Positions 50,753 to 63,700 of a stretch of DNA of 64,000 nucleotides are shown piece after piece. Made by a program: the position numbers and the translations under genes. This DNA is from Mobula hypostoma (taxonomy: Eukaryota): assembly GCF_963921235.1 (NCBI RefSeq), contig NC_086109.1:14138001-14202000 (forward strand). The letters run 5' to 3'. Position 1 is the first letter of the stretch. Each line of letters begins with the position of its first letter. Below the pieces are notes generated by a model that saw only the letters and a program-made list of their open reading frames with translations, did no database searches and was not told the DNA's origin.

Positions 50753-50836
50753 CTGCAAATTCATTGAAGTGATTTCCAATATCGAAAGCCTGGTAATTAT
50801 AGCTGGAATACTCGTAGTCAATAAACTTCACCCAAC
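50753..50836 (-). CDS. ETNK2: Ethanolamine kinase internal coding exon (84 bp): (G)WVKFIDYEYSSYNYQAFDIGNHFNEFA(G)
   Basis: Manual minus-strand translation gives the choline/ethanolamine kinase motif IDYEY..YNY.AFDIGNHFNEF. Acceptor tttgtag, donor gtgagt, phase 1/1. NYQAFDIG resembles ETNK2 more than ETNK1 (NYLAYDIG), from recalled human sequences. Confidence 0.9.
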
Positions 50837-51950
50837 CTACAAATAAATTAAACAGGATTAAAAAAAGGGCTTCTCAAAAAAATTACAAACATAGAGGCAG
50901 TCTAAGTCCACTGCATTAGATGGCCAGAACTCAGATTTTGAAGTATTAAATTGTGTAAAGACTGCATTTTATTGATAGATACATTCAGCTTCACCAACAG
51001 AAAGTGCAACTCCATTCCACTCTATACAAGGTGGCAAACTGCTGTCATCAAAAATACATTCAGAATTATCCCACAGGTACTGTTTTTTTAATGTATTTCC
51101 ACTGGCTGCCTGACAACAAAGGGTTTAAACATGTCCAAATTAATTTGCTCACAGTAAATGAAGTGTCAACTTATGGAGCATTCTTATGTTAAAAAAAAAG
51201 CATTGTATTTCATTATTTTTCCATTCCTGCATTAATCAGAAATACATCTGAACACTCTATAGCAACCGCTCAAAAGAGTATGACTAAGTAGCTCAACACG
51301 TGCCCGTTAAAGGTAGTGAATCTTAAAAAGGATCATCGCAACAGAAGTAAGAGCAAGTGGCAGAATTAAATAGGATCAAACTGACATAATGAATGATGCT
51401 TCTCAGGCAAAAGAAGCACTTCTTGAAAAGGTTAAAAGCTCTAATATGGAATCCAGTTTATACCCGCATAACAAATGGAAAGAGACAGATGTCACCTGCT
51501 TGAGACGGCACCTCCTGCAGATGTTGCCATTGGGCATATTTAAAGTGAAGTTTGATAGGTTCTTGATTAACCAGGATGTCAAAGGTTACAGGGAGAAGGC
51601 AGGAGAATGGAGTCGAGATGGAAAATAAATCAGCCATGATGGAAGGGTGGAGCAGACTTGATGGGCCGAATGGCCCAATTCTACTCCCAAGTTTTATGGT
51701 CTCATGATCCAATGGACACATAGGTGTATACAACTACCATTTATGGAATGTTATCCTGGCAGGAATCACCACAACCTTAACGTGGAGAAGAATCAGGTAG
51801 AGCAGGTACACATAAATTTCTTTAGAATTTCTAACTAATTTAACTTGCTCGAAGTCAAACATGAATAGAAGTTTATTAAATCACTAATATAAGCATATTT
51901 GCAATAGGAAAGATAAAAGCTTCTTGCAAAAGACTACATTGCCTAACATC

Positions 51951-53337
51951 CAAACACGAGGAAATCTTCAGACGTTGGAATTTCAAGCAACACACAAAAA
52001 TTGTTGGTGAATGCAGCAGGCCAGGCAGCATCTATAGGAGGAGGTACAATCGACGTTTCGGGCTGAGAACTTTCGTCAGGACTAACTGAAAGAAGAGATA
52101 GTAAGAGATTTTAAAGTGGGAGGGGGAAGGGGAGATCCAAAATGATAGGAGAAGACAGGAGGGGGAAGGGATGGAGCTAAGAGCTGGAAAGTTGATTGGC
52201 GAAAGGGATACGAGAGGATCATGTGACGGCCGGAAGGCCTAGCAAGAAAGAAAGGGCTCTGCTCTCAAATGCATCTCTCCCATTTCACGCACATCTGTTC
52301 TCACCCCATCCTCCCGCCACTCCACTAGGAATAGGGTTCCTCTTGTCCTCACCTACCACCCCACCAGCCTCCGGGTCCAACATATTATTCTCCGTAACTT
52401 CCGCCACCTCCAACGGGATCCCACCACTAAGCACATCTTTCCCTCCTCCACCTCTGCTTTCCGCAGGGATCGCTCCCTACGCGACTCCCTTGTCCATTCG
52501 TCCCCCCACCATCCCTTCCCACTGATCTCCCTCCCAGCACTTATCTTTCTAAGCGGAACAAGTGCTACACATGCCCTTGCACTTCCTCCCTCACAGGGCC
52601 CCAGACAGTCCTTCCAGGTGAGGCGACACTTCACCTGTGAGTCGGCTGGGGTGATTTACTGCGTCCGGTGCTCCCGATGTGGCCTTCTATATATTGGCGA
52701 GACCCGACACAGACTGGAAGATCGTTTTGCGGAACACCTACGCTCTGTCCGCCAGAGAAAGCAGGATCTCCCGGTGGCCACACATTTTAATTCCACATCC
52801 CATTACCATTCTGACATGTCTATCCACGGCCTCCTCTACTGTAAAGATGAAGCCACACTCAGGTTGGAGGAACAACACCTTATATTCCGTCTGGGTAGCC
52901 TCCAACCTGACAGCATGAACACTGACTTTTCTAACTTCCCCACCTCCCCTTCGTACTCCATCTGTTATTTATTTATCTTTTATTACTATTAATTTCTTTT
53001 TCTCTCTCTCTCTCCTTTTTCTCCCTCTGTCCCTCTCACCATACTCCTTGCCCATCCTCTGGGCTTCCCCCCCCCCCCCATTCTTTCTCCTTAGGCCTCT
53101 CGGCTGTCACATGAACCTCTCGTATCCCTTTCGCCAATCAACTTTCCAGCTCTTAGCTCCATCCCTTCCCCCTCCTGTCTTCTCCTATCATTTCAGATCT
53201 CCCACTCCCCCTTTCAAATCTCTTACTATCTCTTCTTTCATTTAGTCCTGATGAAGGGTCTCGGCCCGAAACGTCGACTGTACCTCTTCCTAGAGATGCT
53301 GCCTGGCCTGCTGTGTTCACCAGCAACTTTTATGTGC
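51951..53337 (+). mobile_element. Penelope-like element with inverted pseudo-LTR at the 5' side, GIY-YIG ORF remnant and 3' pseudo-LTR
   Basis: About 51951-52245 is the reverse complement of the terminal repeat. ORF 52618..52992 is a GIY-YIG endonuclease with CxxC. Hammerhead motifs at 52048-52083(-) and 53244-53279(+). Confidence 0.9.
53244..53279 (+). ncRNA. Minimal type I hammerhead ribozyme motif (best-preserved copy)
   Basis: AGTC-CTGATGA-A-GGG tctcgg CCC-GAAA-C-GTC-GACT: stem I AGTC/GACT, stem II GGG/CCC, loopless palindromic stem III ACGT, GUC cleavage triplet. Confidence 0.75.
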
Positions 53338-53963
53338 TGCATCATCTAATATCCTATGGCTTGCCTCTGCTGCTTTAACAAAGCATATGCTGACCCTTCC
53401 TGAAAGCAGATTAAAATAGTCAGGATGAAAATAATCAACCAGGATATTACAGAAAATTATCGGACCAAAATATGCAGCCACACTTCAGAACAAACATTGT
53501 CTAAATCTCTGGTTTCCACATCAAGACAACAAACAATCCCTCTACAGGATTTCATAAACACAAGAGATTCTGCAGATGCTTAAAATCCAGAGCAACAAAC
53601 ATGTAATGCTGGAGGATCACAGGTGAGGAAGCATCTATGAAGATAAATAAACAGTCGATGTTTCAGGCCAAGACCCTTCATCAGGGCTGTAAATGGGGCA
53701 GAATGGAAGGAAGGGAGTACAAGCTGGCAAGTGATAGGGTGAAACCAGGTGATGAGGAAAGTAGGTGGGTGGGGGGGGGGGAAGAATAAAGAAGCTGGAG
53801 GTGATAGGTGGAAAAGGTAAGAGACTCAAGGAAAACTAACTGAGAGATTGGTTTTGACAAGAGCTTAGAATTTGACAATTTGAATCTTAACAATGCAGCA
53901 TGCATCAAATGTTATTTATGTGGCACATTTTAACAAAGCAAACTGTTCCAAGGCACTTTAAAC

Positions 53964-54041
53964 CAGGGGTTCTCAACATGGGACCCAGACTCCTCAGTTA
54001 ATAGTCGGGCTCCATGACATTAAAAAGGTTGAGAACCCCTG
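53964..54041. mobile_element. 78-bp hAT-type MITE
   Basis: Perfect 14-bp TIR caggggttctcaac and 8-bp TSD ctttaaac (53956-53963 and 54042-54049). Confidence 0.88.
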
Positions 54042-55382
54042 CTTTAAACAAAAGTCGAAAGAAGTACACGCTGATGTTAAGGGACTTGAACAACTTCTAA
54101 GTTTAGAGTGCACAAATATGAAAGGGAAGAAATGTGCAGAGGCATAGGGAAGAATTCCATATCGTATGGCCTTAGACTGAATTCAGACAGTAATTAGATT
54201 CAGGATGGTCAACAAGCCAGACTGTAGGGGTCTGCAAATGGATTTCCATGGTATATTTTTTTTTTTTAAAAACAGGATCCCAAAGAAATTCATAGCCAGT
54301 GGGTAATTTCCAAAGTCACTCTTGTATGAAGCTACTTTACACAAACAAGGTTGCATGAGCAGCAATGTGATCATAACCAGATAATGTGATATGGTGGTAT
54401 ATGTTGAGAAATAAAATATTGAATACCAAACCACAGAATTTCCCAAACCTCTTTCCCAGTAACAGCATTTCTTTTGTTATATGAAGCAAAATGAGATGTC
54501 TGCTTTCTTTCTTTTTAAATCTTTTTATGATGTCTGCTTATGTCATGAAATTTGTTTTGTGGCAGTAATACAATGCAAAGTGTAAAAATTACTACAAGTT
54601 ACAACCAATCAATAAAGTGCAAAAAGAGGAACAAGGTAATGTTCCTAGATCATTCAGAAATCCAATGGAGAGGAAGAAGAGCACCCTTGAATGTTGAATG
54701 TGGGTTTTCAGCCTTTTGTACATCTTCCCTGATGGTGGCAATAAGAAAGTGGCAAGTCCTGGATGGAAAGGGTCCCTAATGATATCACCTTCCTGAGGCA
54801 CTTCCTTTTAAGGATGTCCTCAATGGTGGGGAGGACTGTGCCCATAATGGATCTAGCTAACTACAGCCCTTTGCAGCAACTGTCAAAGCTAATAAAAACA
54901 CCCACCAAGGAGCATGAGTACAATATACAAACTCGGAAGCACAATCCTTAATGGAGCATTGCTTACCTAATAACAGACTACGCATGTGAGGACCTCTTTA
55001 TAAATCAGTCACTTCATCACAGGACTGGACTTAAGCTTCTGCCCTTTCCAACATCCACTGATATTTTTGGTTATCCAACTCCACCCTTTGCCTTGCCTGA
55101 TTATTATTACAGGGCTCTGCTTTAAATTGGCATTTCTGCAGGTCCGCTAAACAACAAGCTGGAGGATTAAATGTCCTTTTAATTTCTGAAAATGCATGAA
55201 GAATCAGACTGGTCATATCAATGATGGAAGTTCAAATTTTCTACAGACTTGCGATTAAACCCATTGGACGACAGTGATCTCAAATAAATTGAGGGTTCAG
55301 ATTTTGTAAAGTCCTCTGTTGCTCCAATGGGGAAAGATCAAAAAACAAAAACAATCTGCTTAAGGTATACTCTTAGGCAAAG

Positions 55383-55863
55383 GAGTGCACCCGGTGTGGT
55401 CCTCGGCTGCTGTAGCCCACCTATTTCAAGGTGCGACATGTTGAGCGTTGAATGTTCTTCTGCACATCACTGTTGTCACGTGCGGTTATTTGAGTTACTG
55501 TTACCTTCCTGTTAGTTTAAACCAGGCTGGCCATTCTCCTTTGATCTCACTCATTAACAAGGCATTTTCACCCACAAAACTGTCATTCACTAGATGTTTT
55601 TTACAGCTTCTTGTGTTGAGTGTGAAAATCCCAGGAGATCATCAGTTTTTGAGATACTCAAACCACCCTATCTGGCACCAACAATCATTCCACAGTCAAA
55701 GTTATTTAGATCACATTTCTTCTGCATTCTGATGTTTGGTCTGAACAACTGAACCCCTTGACCATTTCTGCATGCTTTTATGCATTGAATTGTTGCCATA
55801 TGATTGGCTGATATGATATTTGCATTAACTGGCAGATGTACCTAATAAAGTGGTCACTGAGTG
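55383..55863 (-). mobile_element. Tc1-family remnant (third copy)
   Basis: Ends cctaataaagtggtcactgagtg followed by TA. Reverse complement of the region at 24290-24690. Confidence 0.75.
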
Positions 55864-56431
55864 TATTGTATAAAAGATAAAGGGTGGTTGGAGCAGAATA
55901 AGATTTTCAGGAGCAACAAAGTAAAGATGACTTAGAGATAGGAGAGAGTACACAGCGTTATACTTTTGAAAAGTAAAGCCTATGCTGGCATTGAAGTAAT
56001 GTCAATAATGCAATATTAACATGTTGCAAAATCAAAGTGTGTTAACTGAAAACATTATAAATCTCCCAAATTGCAATGGGTCATTTGAGCCAAAGCAGAT
56101 TGAAAAGCAGTTTTCAATCCTATTAGATTAGGCCAAATCTTTATGTAACAATTCAGTCGACTCCATTCCCAAACACGTAACCAGTTATTCTCTCAAGGAT
56201 CTATCTACTCGATTCCCCTTTGGAAGCTGACTGGCTTTTAGTTTTGATACTTGTATAGGTAACAAGTTCCAGATTCTTTCTCCCTGCCTCACTTTGCATT
56301 GTCTTCTAATCCACGAATTTATTCTATACAAATCCATCATGATTTTGTGCATGTCAATTATATCTCCTCTCATCCTTTTCCTGAAGCAAAGAACTAGGCA
56401 GCTTCTCCAGTCTAGGTTTGCATTTGGAATT

Positions 56432-58195
56432 CTTAAGAACTTTCTACAGGGGCACAATTGAGAGCATCCTGACTGGCTGTATCACTACCTGATATGGGAA
56501 CTGTACTTCCCTCAATCGCAGGACTCTGCAGAGAGTGGTGCAGACTATTCCCACTATTCAGGACACTTACAAAGACAGGTGTATAAAAAGGGCCCGACGG
56601 ATCATTGGGGACCTGAGTCACCCAAACTACCAACTGTTCTAGCTGCTACCATCCAGGAAACGGTACCGCAGCATAAAAGCCAGGACCAACAGGCTCCGGG
56701 ACAGCTTCTTTCACCAGGCCATCAGACTGATTAATTCATGCTGACGCAACTGTATTTCTATGTTATATTGACTGTCCTGTTGTATATACTATCATCATCA
56801 TCATCATCAGGTGCCATGCCCAGTTTGAGCTTTGACTACCATGGCCCACACACTCCTGTTTCGGGTCAAGTGGATCAATTCATTGGTAGTCATTTCCAAT
56901 TCTCTGGCTGCTGCCTCCATTATCATTTGTCTTCCTCTTGCTTTCTTCCCTTCAATCTTCCCCATAATTACCGTGCATTCTAACTCCTCTTTTCTAATCA
57001 CATGTCCAATGAAGTTACGTTACCTTTTCATGATCTCATACATCTCTTCTTGCGTTTGCTCTGTTCATGACATTATTATATTCGTTTACTCCATGACATT
57101 CTTTGCATCCTCCTCAAAAACCACATCTCTGCTGCTACAATTCATTTCCTCATGTTACTAGATATTGTCCAACATTCTGAGCCATATAACACAACTGGAT
57201 AAATGTAACATTTCAGTACTCTGAGGCGGGTTGTCATGCCTAGTTTCGTATTGGTCAGTATACTCTTCATTCTTGTAAAGGTGTCTTTTGCCATCCCTAT
57301 TCTTCTTTTGATGTCTAAGTCGCACCTGCCATCTGATGTCACCCAGCTTCCTAAGTAGCAAAAGTTCTGTACTTGTTTTATGTCTTTCCCGTTTATTCTC
57401 AGCCTGCAGATAGGATTCTCCTTCTTTTTGGATATCACCAGACATTGTCTTTTTGCAATTGATAGATAAACCCATTTTTGCACTTTCTTCAACAATTATA
57501 TCAATTAAGTTTTGTAGTTCTTCCTCCGTACTTGTAATTAACACAGTGTCATCTGCATATCTGAAATTATTGATGTTTTCACCACCAACTTTGATTTCCA
57601 AGATGTCTCTTATTTTTTTGTAATATTGTTTCACTGTACACATTAAATAAATCAGGGGAGAAAACACACCCTTATCTAACACTTCTCGATTTTCGTAAAC
57701 TGACTCACTTCTCCATTTATTCTTACAGCGGCAGTTTGCTCCCGGTACAGATTTCCGATTAGGGAGAGGTCTTTCAAATCTAGATCGAGTTTTCTGTAAT
57801 ATTTCAAATAACTTATTGTGCTTCACTTTATCAAATGCTTTTGTGTAGTCAATAAAACAAACGAATCTTTTTGCATTTGAATAGCTTATTCTGATAGTAT
57901 CCTTAACATCAATATTGCGTTTTTTGTACCTTTGTCTTTTCACAAAACCACATTGTTCTTTGCCTATTTCAGCTTGTATCTTACCTTTAGCTTGTCATCA
58001 AAATTCTTTGAAGTATCTTGGTGATATGACTCATTAAACGTATGGTCCTATGTAATTCACATTCTCTATTGCTTCAGCTTTCTTAGGAAGAGTGATAAAT
58101 AAGCATATACTATAAATTGCACATTTAGATGGAGACATAACAAAGATTTTTACTCATTTATGTGAAGGATGCAAGAAATAGAGTCAATTCAATTC
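56432..58195 (+). mobile_element. Rex1/Babar LINE 3' fragment (about 56432-56790 and 58105-58195), split by an RTE
   Basis: FYRGTIESILTGCIT..LLPSRKRYRSIKARTNRLRDSFFHQAIRL read from the plus strand. Confidence 0.7.
56793..58104 (-). mobile_element. 5'-truncated RTE-clade LINE
   Basis: FIDYTKAFDKV, NNFRYADDTVL and LYGSECW motifs; (TGA)n tail; candidate TSD atatactat (56784-56792 and 58105-58113). Confidence 0.85.
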
Positions 58196-58379
58196 CTAAT
58201 CATTCTAGTAAATCCATCCACACTTCTCCAGAATCTTCATCAGAATTAACTGTAAAGTTGACCTATCTGGTGTACAAAAGCTGGGAATGAAATGCAAGAT
58301 CTGATGTACTTTATCAATCATAATTAGTGCCAATCATTTCACAAGTTTTCTAGCCATCAGCTTTAGTTTCCTAAAACTG

Positions 58380-58575
58380 CTGTTGTTCCCTTCTGCGCCT
58401 TGCGGTGCATCAGCCTGAAACCTTGCCACTTCTTTAGCTTTGTCTGTTTTTTTTTTAAAATGAGGCTGAGTTGCTAACTTGATTCTCGACTCAGCACAGA
58501 TTGAAAACGTGCAAGGAGCTGGCTGGATTCAAACCCGGAACCAGTCCCCTCAAAGTCATTACACCAGAGGCTGGC
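58380..58575 (-). mobile_element. Probable tRNA-derived SINE
   Basis: Box B-like GGTTTGAATCC on the minus strand near 58526-58536 and an (aac)-type tail. Confidence 0.45.
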
Positions 58576-59733
58576 TATTCTTGAAGTGCAGTGGCTCAGT
58601 TTTAGTCTTTCCCTAGGCCTACTTTTTCTGTCCTTTGTTAGGTGCAGCCCCAATTAAAAATGTACACAGTACAGGAGTAGAATGGAGATGCACAAATACC
58701 TCTCAAAAGTAGGAGTAATAATTACTGAAAATGACCTACACTCCAAAGCAAATTCCACATTCCAATAGCTATGGCTTCAACCAATAATTGCATGCATTGT
58801 TACTTAGCAACCTAGACCAAAAACATCAGCATGACTAATGTCATTAGGCTTTAACTAGTTTGGATTTTGACTGCTAGTAGCTAATCTTTAAAAGATCACT
58901 CAATAGCTGTTCATATCTGACCAAGTAAACTGAATCATCTCCTGTGGGGACTGCACAGAGAGTCAAAAATCAAGTGTAATATGAATCTGTTTAAAGTTAG
59001 GGGCTATAGTAGAGATGAGGTGGTGGGGAGGGGTTGCAAGGTGCTTCACGGTCAACCTCACATCCCATTATAAAACTCTGCTATCATGCGCCCATTCAGT
59101 CAGGGAAAAAAATCTGATAAATGAACAGGTTACAAAGCATCAGGCTTACACAAACAAAACTGAGCAAACTGATTACAGTACGTGTCAGTTCAGTGGAGAA
59201 ATTATTTACTTAACAACGAACACACACACACCCCCACCCCAGAGGCAGCACAAAGTTGACAGTGTGTGAGGGTGCTGCAGCCATCTGATCAAATACAGTA
59301 CGAGTGGGAAGACACACTAACAGTATTATACAGCAAGCAGTAGTTGTCGACTGCAAATTAAATATGGCATTCTCCCATTGAGTTATTCCCTTGATGCAGC
59401 ATGCCTGCGTGTGACTTTAATGCACGGAGGCTGATGCACAGGCAGCTACCACACAGTCCTGGGCTCAGGCCCACTGGGCATAGAGTGCAAGACAACTTCA
59501 CCGCTGCAGCCCCCCTCCACCTTCAGTGCCTTTGCAACGCATCATCATCTTCCGCCAGCTCCACCACTGAAATCGTAGTTTGATCGCTCTTTGAAAACAA
59601 CCTCCCCTTCGACCTTACCGCTATGGGTGACCCTACTTTAGCTAATATCCAGACACCAGCGGTCTTGGGATCTCAGGAATCCACAAGCCTCTCCATTACA
59701 AGGTGACAATCTTCAGAGAAGATACAGCAAGTA

Positions 59734-62230
59734 CAGGTCCACAATCCCTTATCCGAAATTCTGAAATCCAAAGAGCTCCGAAAACCGAAGTTCTTTTCGT
59801 GGAGTGTGCAGCGTGTCGTAACAAGGCCTGTTTGGCACACCAACAGCTGATGTCACTCAGGTGTGATGTGGCAGCACTAACAGAGGCCGCCCGACGTCAG
59901 TTGTGGCTCAGCGCTTGTACTGGTCACACGTGCATTTGCTGTTCACTGATTATGTTCACTGTTGGCTTTGTGTTTAATTTCACTGTGAAAATGTCAAAAA
60001 AGCTGCAGATACCCCTATGGGAAACAATGAGAAAAAGAGAAGGAAGCATCTATCATTATCAATAATGCAGAAAGTGGAGTTATTGCAGAAGCTTGATCGT
60101 GGTGTGTCTGTGCGGCATCTTACTGAAGAATATGGTGTCAGAACAACCACTGTATATGATTTAAAGAAACAGAAAGACAAGTTACTGAAGTTTTATAGTG
60201 ACAGTGATGACCATAAACTAATGAAGAATAGGAAAACACTGCATAGGGCAAAAAATGAAGATCTTGACCGTGTTGGTTGAGTGGACTAGACAACCAAGTA
60301 GTAAATGTATGCCACTGAATGGCATGTTGATCATGAAACAAGCTAGAATATACCATGAAAAACTGAACACTGAAGGTGAGTGTCAATATTCAGAGGGTTG
60401 GCTGCAGAAATTTAAGAAGTGTCATGGTGTAAACTATCTGAAAATCTGTGGTGAAAAAGCTTCTGCTGATCATGAAGCAGCTGAAATTTACATTGACGAA
60501 TTTGCCAAGATAATATCCGATGAAAACCTTAGCCCTGAACAAATTTACAATGCTGATGAATCAGCTTTGTACTGGCGCTACATTCCAAGAAAAACATTAA
60601 CAATGGCTGATGAGAGAGCACCAACAGGTTTTAAAGATACTAAGGACAGGTTAACTATTCTTGGGTGTGCCAATGCAGCAGGCACTCACAAGGTGAAGCT
60701 GGCAGTGATTGGAAAAAGCCAACATCCAAGATGTCTGAAAGGTGTTCACAATTTACCTGTGATTATGTAAACTAAAATTTTACTGTTTCTGGACAACTGT
60801 TCTGCACACCCCCCCGCCCCCGCTGAACCTCTTGTGAAAAGTAATGTTTTCACAATTTACTTGCCCCCTAATGTGACATCTATATTACAGCCTTGTGACC
60901 AAGGAATTTTATGCTCCATGAAGAGCAAGTATGAAGTCTTTTTTTTTTGAATTGTATGCTTTCTGCAGTCAGAGGAGTAGGAATCCAAGACTTCCTGAAA
61001 GAGTTCAATGTTAAGGATGTCATTTACGCAGTTGCTAATGCTTAGAATGATGTTGATAAATTAACATTAACAAATGCTTGGCACAGACTTTGGCCTACAA
61101 CGATGTTTGGTGTAAATGAACCTACAGATCAAGACTTTGAAGGATTTTATGCCACTAATGAGAAGATGATGATATCAAACTTCGTAACTTACGCCAAAAT
61201 GTTATTGAATGAAAGTGCAAATAAGTTACAGGAAGCTGACATCGAAGAAATGCTGAACATTGAAAATGATGCACCTGTTGTGCACTCCTTGAGTAATGGG
61301 GAAATTGCTGAAATGGTGTTAAATACAGATAAGCATGAAGATAGTAGTGATGATGATGACATAGTGAACACAGGTTGAAAAAATCCCCATAGACGATATG
61401 GTGAAAATGTGTGATCAGTTAATTGCTGGCCTTGAACAACGTGCATTTATCAGTGAGCAAGAGATTATGGCAGTTTACTCAGTTAAAGAGAGATTCCTTA
61501 GACATAAACCTATGTTAATGAGACAGATGACACTTGAAGTCTTCAAAAATGCTGTCTGTCATAGTGCTGCCTCATAACTTGAGAATCCTGTTCCTGGCCC
61601 ATCAGGTACCTGTAGAGTATTTAGCTTTGTTTGCCAGACGTAATGCAACTTAACTAGAAGTACCTGTACATACTTAGCTTAGTTTGAACCTGTATATGTC
61701 CTAGAGTATTTACGTTCTACATTCATTCCAATAAGTCATTTACCATGTGTTTGATTCGGTTCGTTTGAAACTGTATATTTGTTTTATTGAATGTTTTTGT
61801 TGGAAATAAAACGTACTAGTGTATTTATGGCCTATAATTATCCCACTATTTTATTTATCAGTATATTACTCTATAAATAAACTGTAATAGTATTTGTAAA
61901 GGAGCGCAGATCGGGAAAATCCGAAAGTTCTCTCTCCAGCACTCGTTGTTTGAGCATGTACAGACTTATTTTCTTGTCATTATTCCCTAAACAATACAGT
62001 AAAACTATTTACATAGTATTTACATTGTATTAGGTATTATAAGTAATCTAGAGATGATTTAAAGTACACGGGAGGATGTGCATAGATCCAGAGCTCCCCC
62101 GGTCCCAAAGTCCACCCGCACTGAGACAGGTTAACTATCAATATAATTATCCATTTTCTGAAATCAAAAAAATTCTGAATTCCAAAATGCAACTGGCCCC
62201 AAAGATTTCGCATAAGGGATTGTGGACCTG
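59734..62230 (+). mobile_element. Tigger/pogo DNA transposon with both TIRs and a frameshifted transposase
   Basis: TA TSD; TIR caggtccacaatcccttat(c/g)cgaaat at both ends; CENP-B-type HTH and DDE fragments (IYNADES, LFLDNCSAHP, LPPNVTSILQPCDQG). Confidence 0.93.
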
Positions 62231-63179
62231 TACAATGGTATACTGCCAACAGACTGCCATTCAGCTATTTTCACTATTTCAACAGACTTATTTACTGTTG
62301 TACAACAGTAAAGCCCATCCAGTGAGATTTCATTGGGATTTAACACTTTCACAACAAAAACATTAGAAATATTGTATCTTCACAAACTCTGGTGTCAAAT
62401 GACATCACATGTACAGAAAGGCACACATATCCTGTGTTATTCACAAGCAAAACTGACTTAGTTAACAAATCACCCTCTGTGTCCCCAAATCTGATCAGGT
62501 TGCCTGCCAGAAACTGACCCATTCCAGCTCAGAACAAGAGAATTCAACAACAATCACAATAGTGGCTTGGTTCACTGTATCTGGCCACAGCTTTGGCCCT
62601 CTTCGAAAGTCTCTAGGATTCCTGTCAGTATTTTGCCCCAGGTCAATGATCAGCCCTGACATTTCTAAATTGGTATTCTCAGTATATCACCCACGTCATT
62701 CTTCACATGATGATGATGATGATGATGATGCTCAGTGGAATTTTATTTGTTCAAAGCACATGTCAGACTATAATGTAAGTTCTTTGGGCAGCTGCCCTGT
62801 TTGATATGGAAACAGCTCTGAACAATGAATTAGGCTATGGAATAAGAAAAATGACTTAGGAACCAGTAGAATCATGGAAGAATGCTGGAAGTAGAGACAT
62901 AATGTTACCAGAAAAATCAGATGCAAAAATCTCTAAACAGCATGCATTCTTTAATTATGTTTATATGAATTCCAAGTTTCTTCGTTATGGAAGCGAGCAT
63001 GGAAACTCATCACAATGTCATGACAGTGAGAGAGGGTCAGAGTGAAAAGTGCAAAGTTCCAACAGACGGTCTACCCAGGACCCATAACACTTCCTCATGA
63101 GTCAACAATGAACAGTAGCAAATAGTCATCGTCAAGGAGATCAAGGCACATGAGGTTCCCTGCCCCTATTAATTTTTGA

Positions 63180-63700
63180 TAGGAGCACCATCAAGAGTGT
63201 CCTGTCTGGTCGCATCATCGTGTGATATGGACGCTGGAAGGCCACGGACCACAAAACCTTAGAAGATGGTTTTAAACAAAACAAAACACCCAAGAGTATC
63301 ATCAGGATCTCCCTCCTACCCATTTGTCACATTTACTGTGAGCATTGCAAACGAAGGGCCCAAAGAATTGTTGAGGATCCCTACCACCCACCCCAAAGTC
63401 TCTGTGACCTACCATGAGGTACAGAAGCATCAGAACTAAACTGCCAGACAGGGTAACAGCTTCTTCCCCCAGGCTGTGAGTCTAATCTCACCACTGCAGT
63501 CTCATCACTAGGATAGAGAGCTATTTACTGTATTGTAAACTGTTTACTTATGCAGCACACTACATGTATTTTTATTATTAACGTATTTACTGTAACATTT
63601 TGGTTTATGTCCTGTGTGTGATATGCGCGTTGTGGATACAGTGGTCCAGAGGATCATTGTTTCATTTGGTTGTATACATGCAATAAACTTGAACTTAACA
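63180..63700 (+). mobile_element. Rex1/Babar-type LINE 3' fragment
   Basis: Similar to 56440-56740 (STIKSVLSG..RRAQRIVEDPYHP). Ends caataaacttgaacttaa. Confidence 0.6.
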
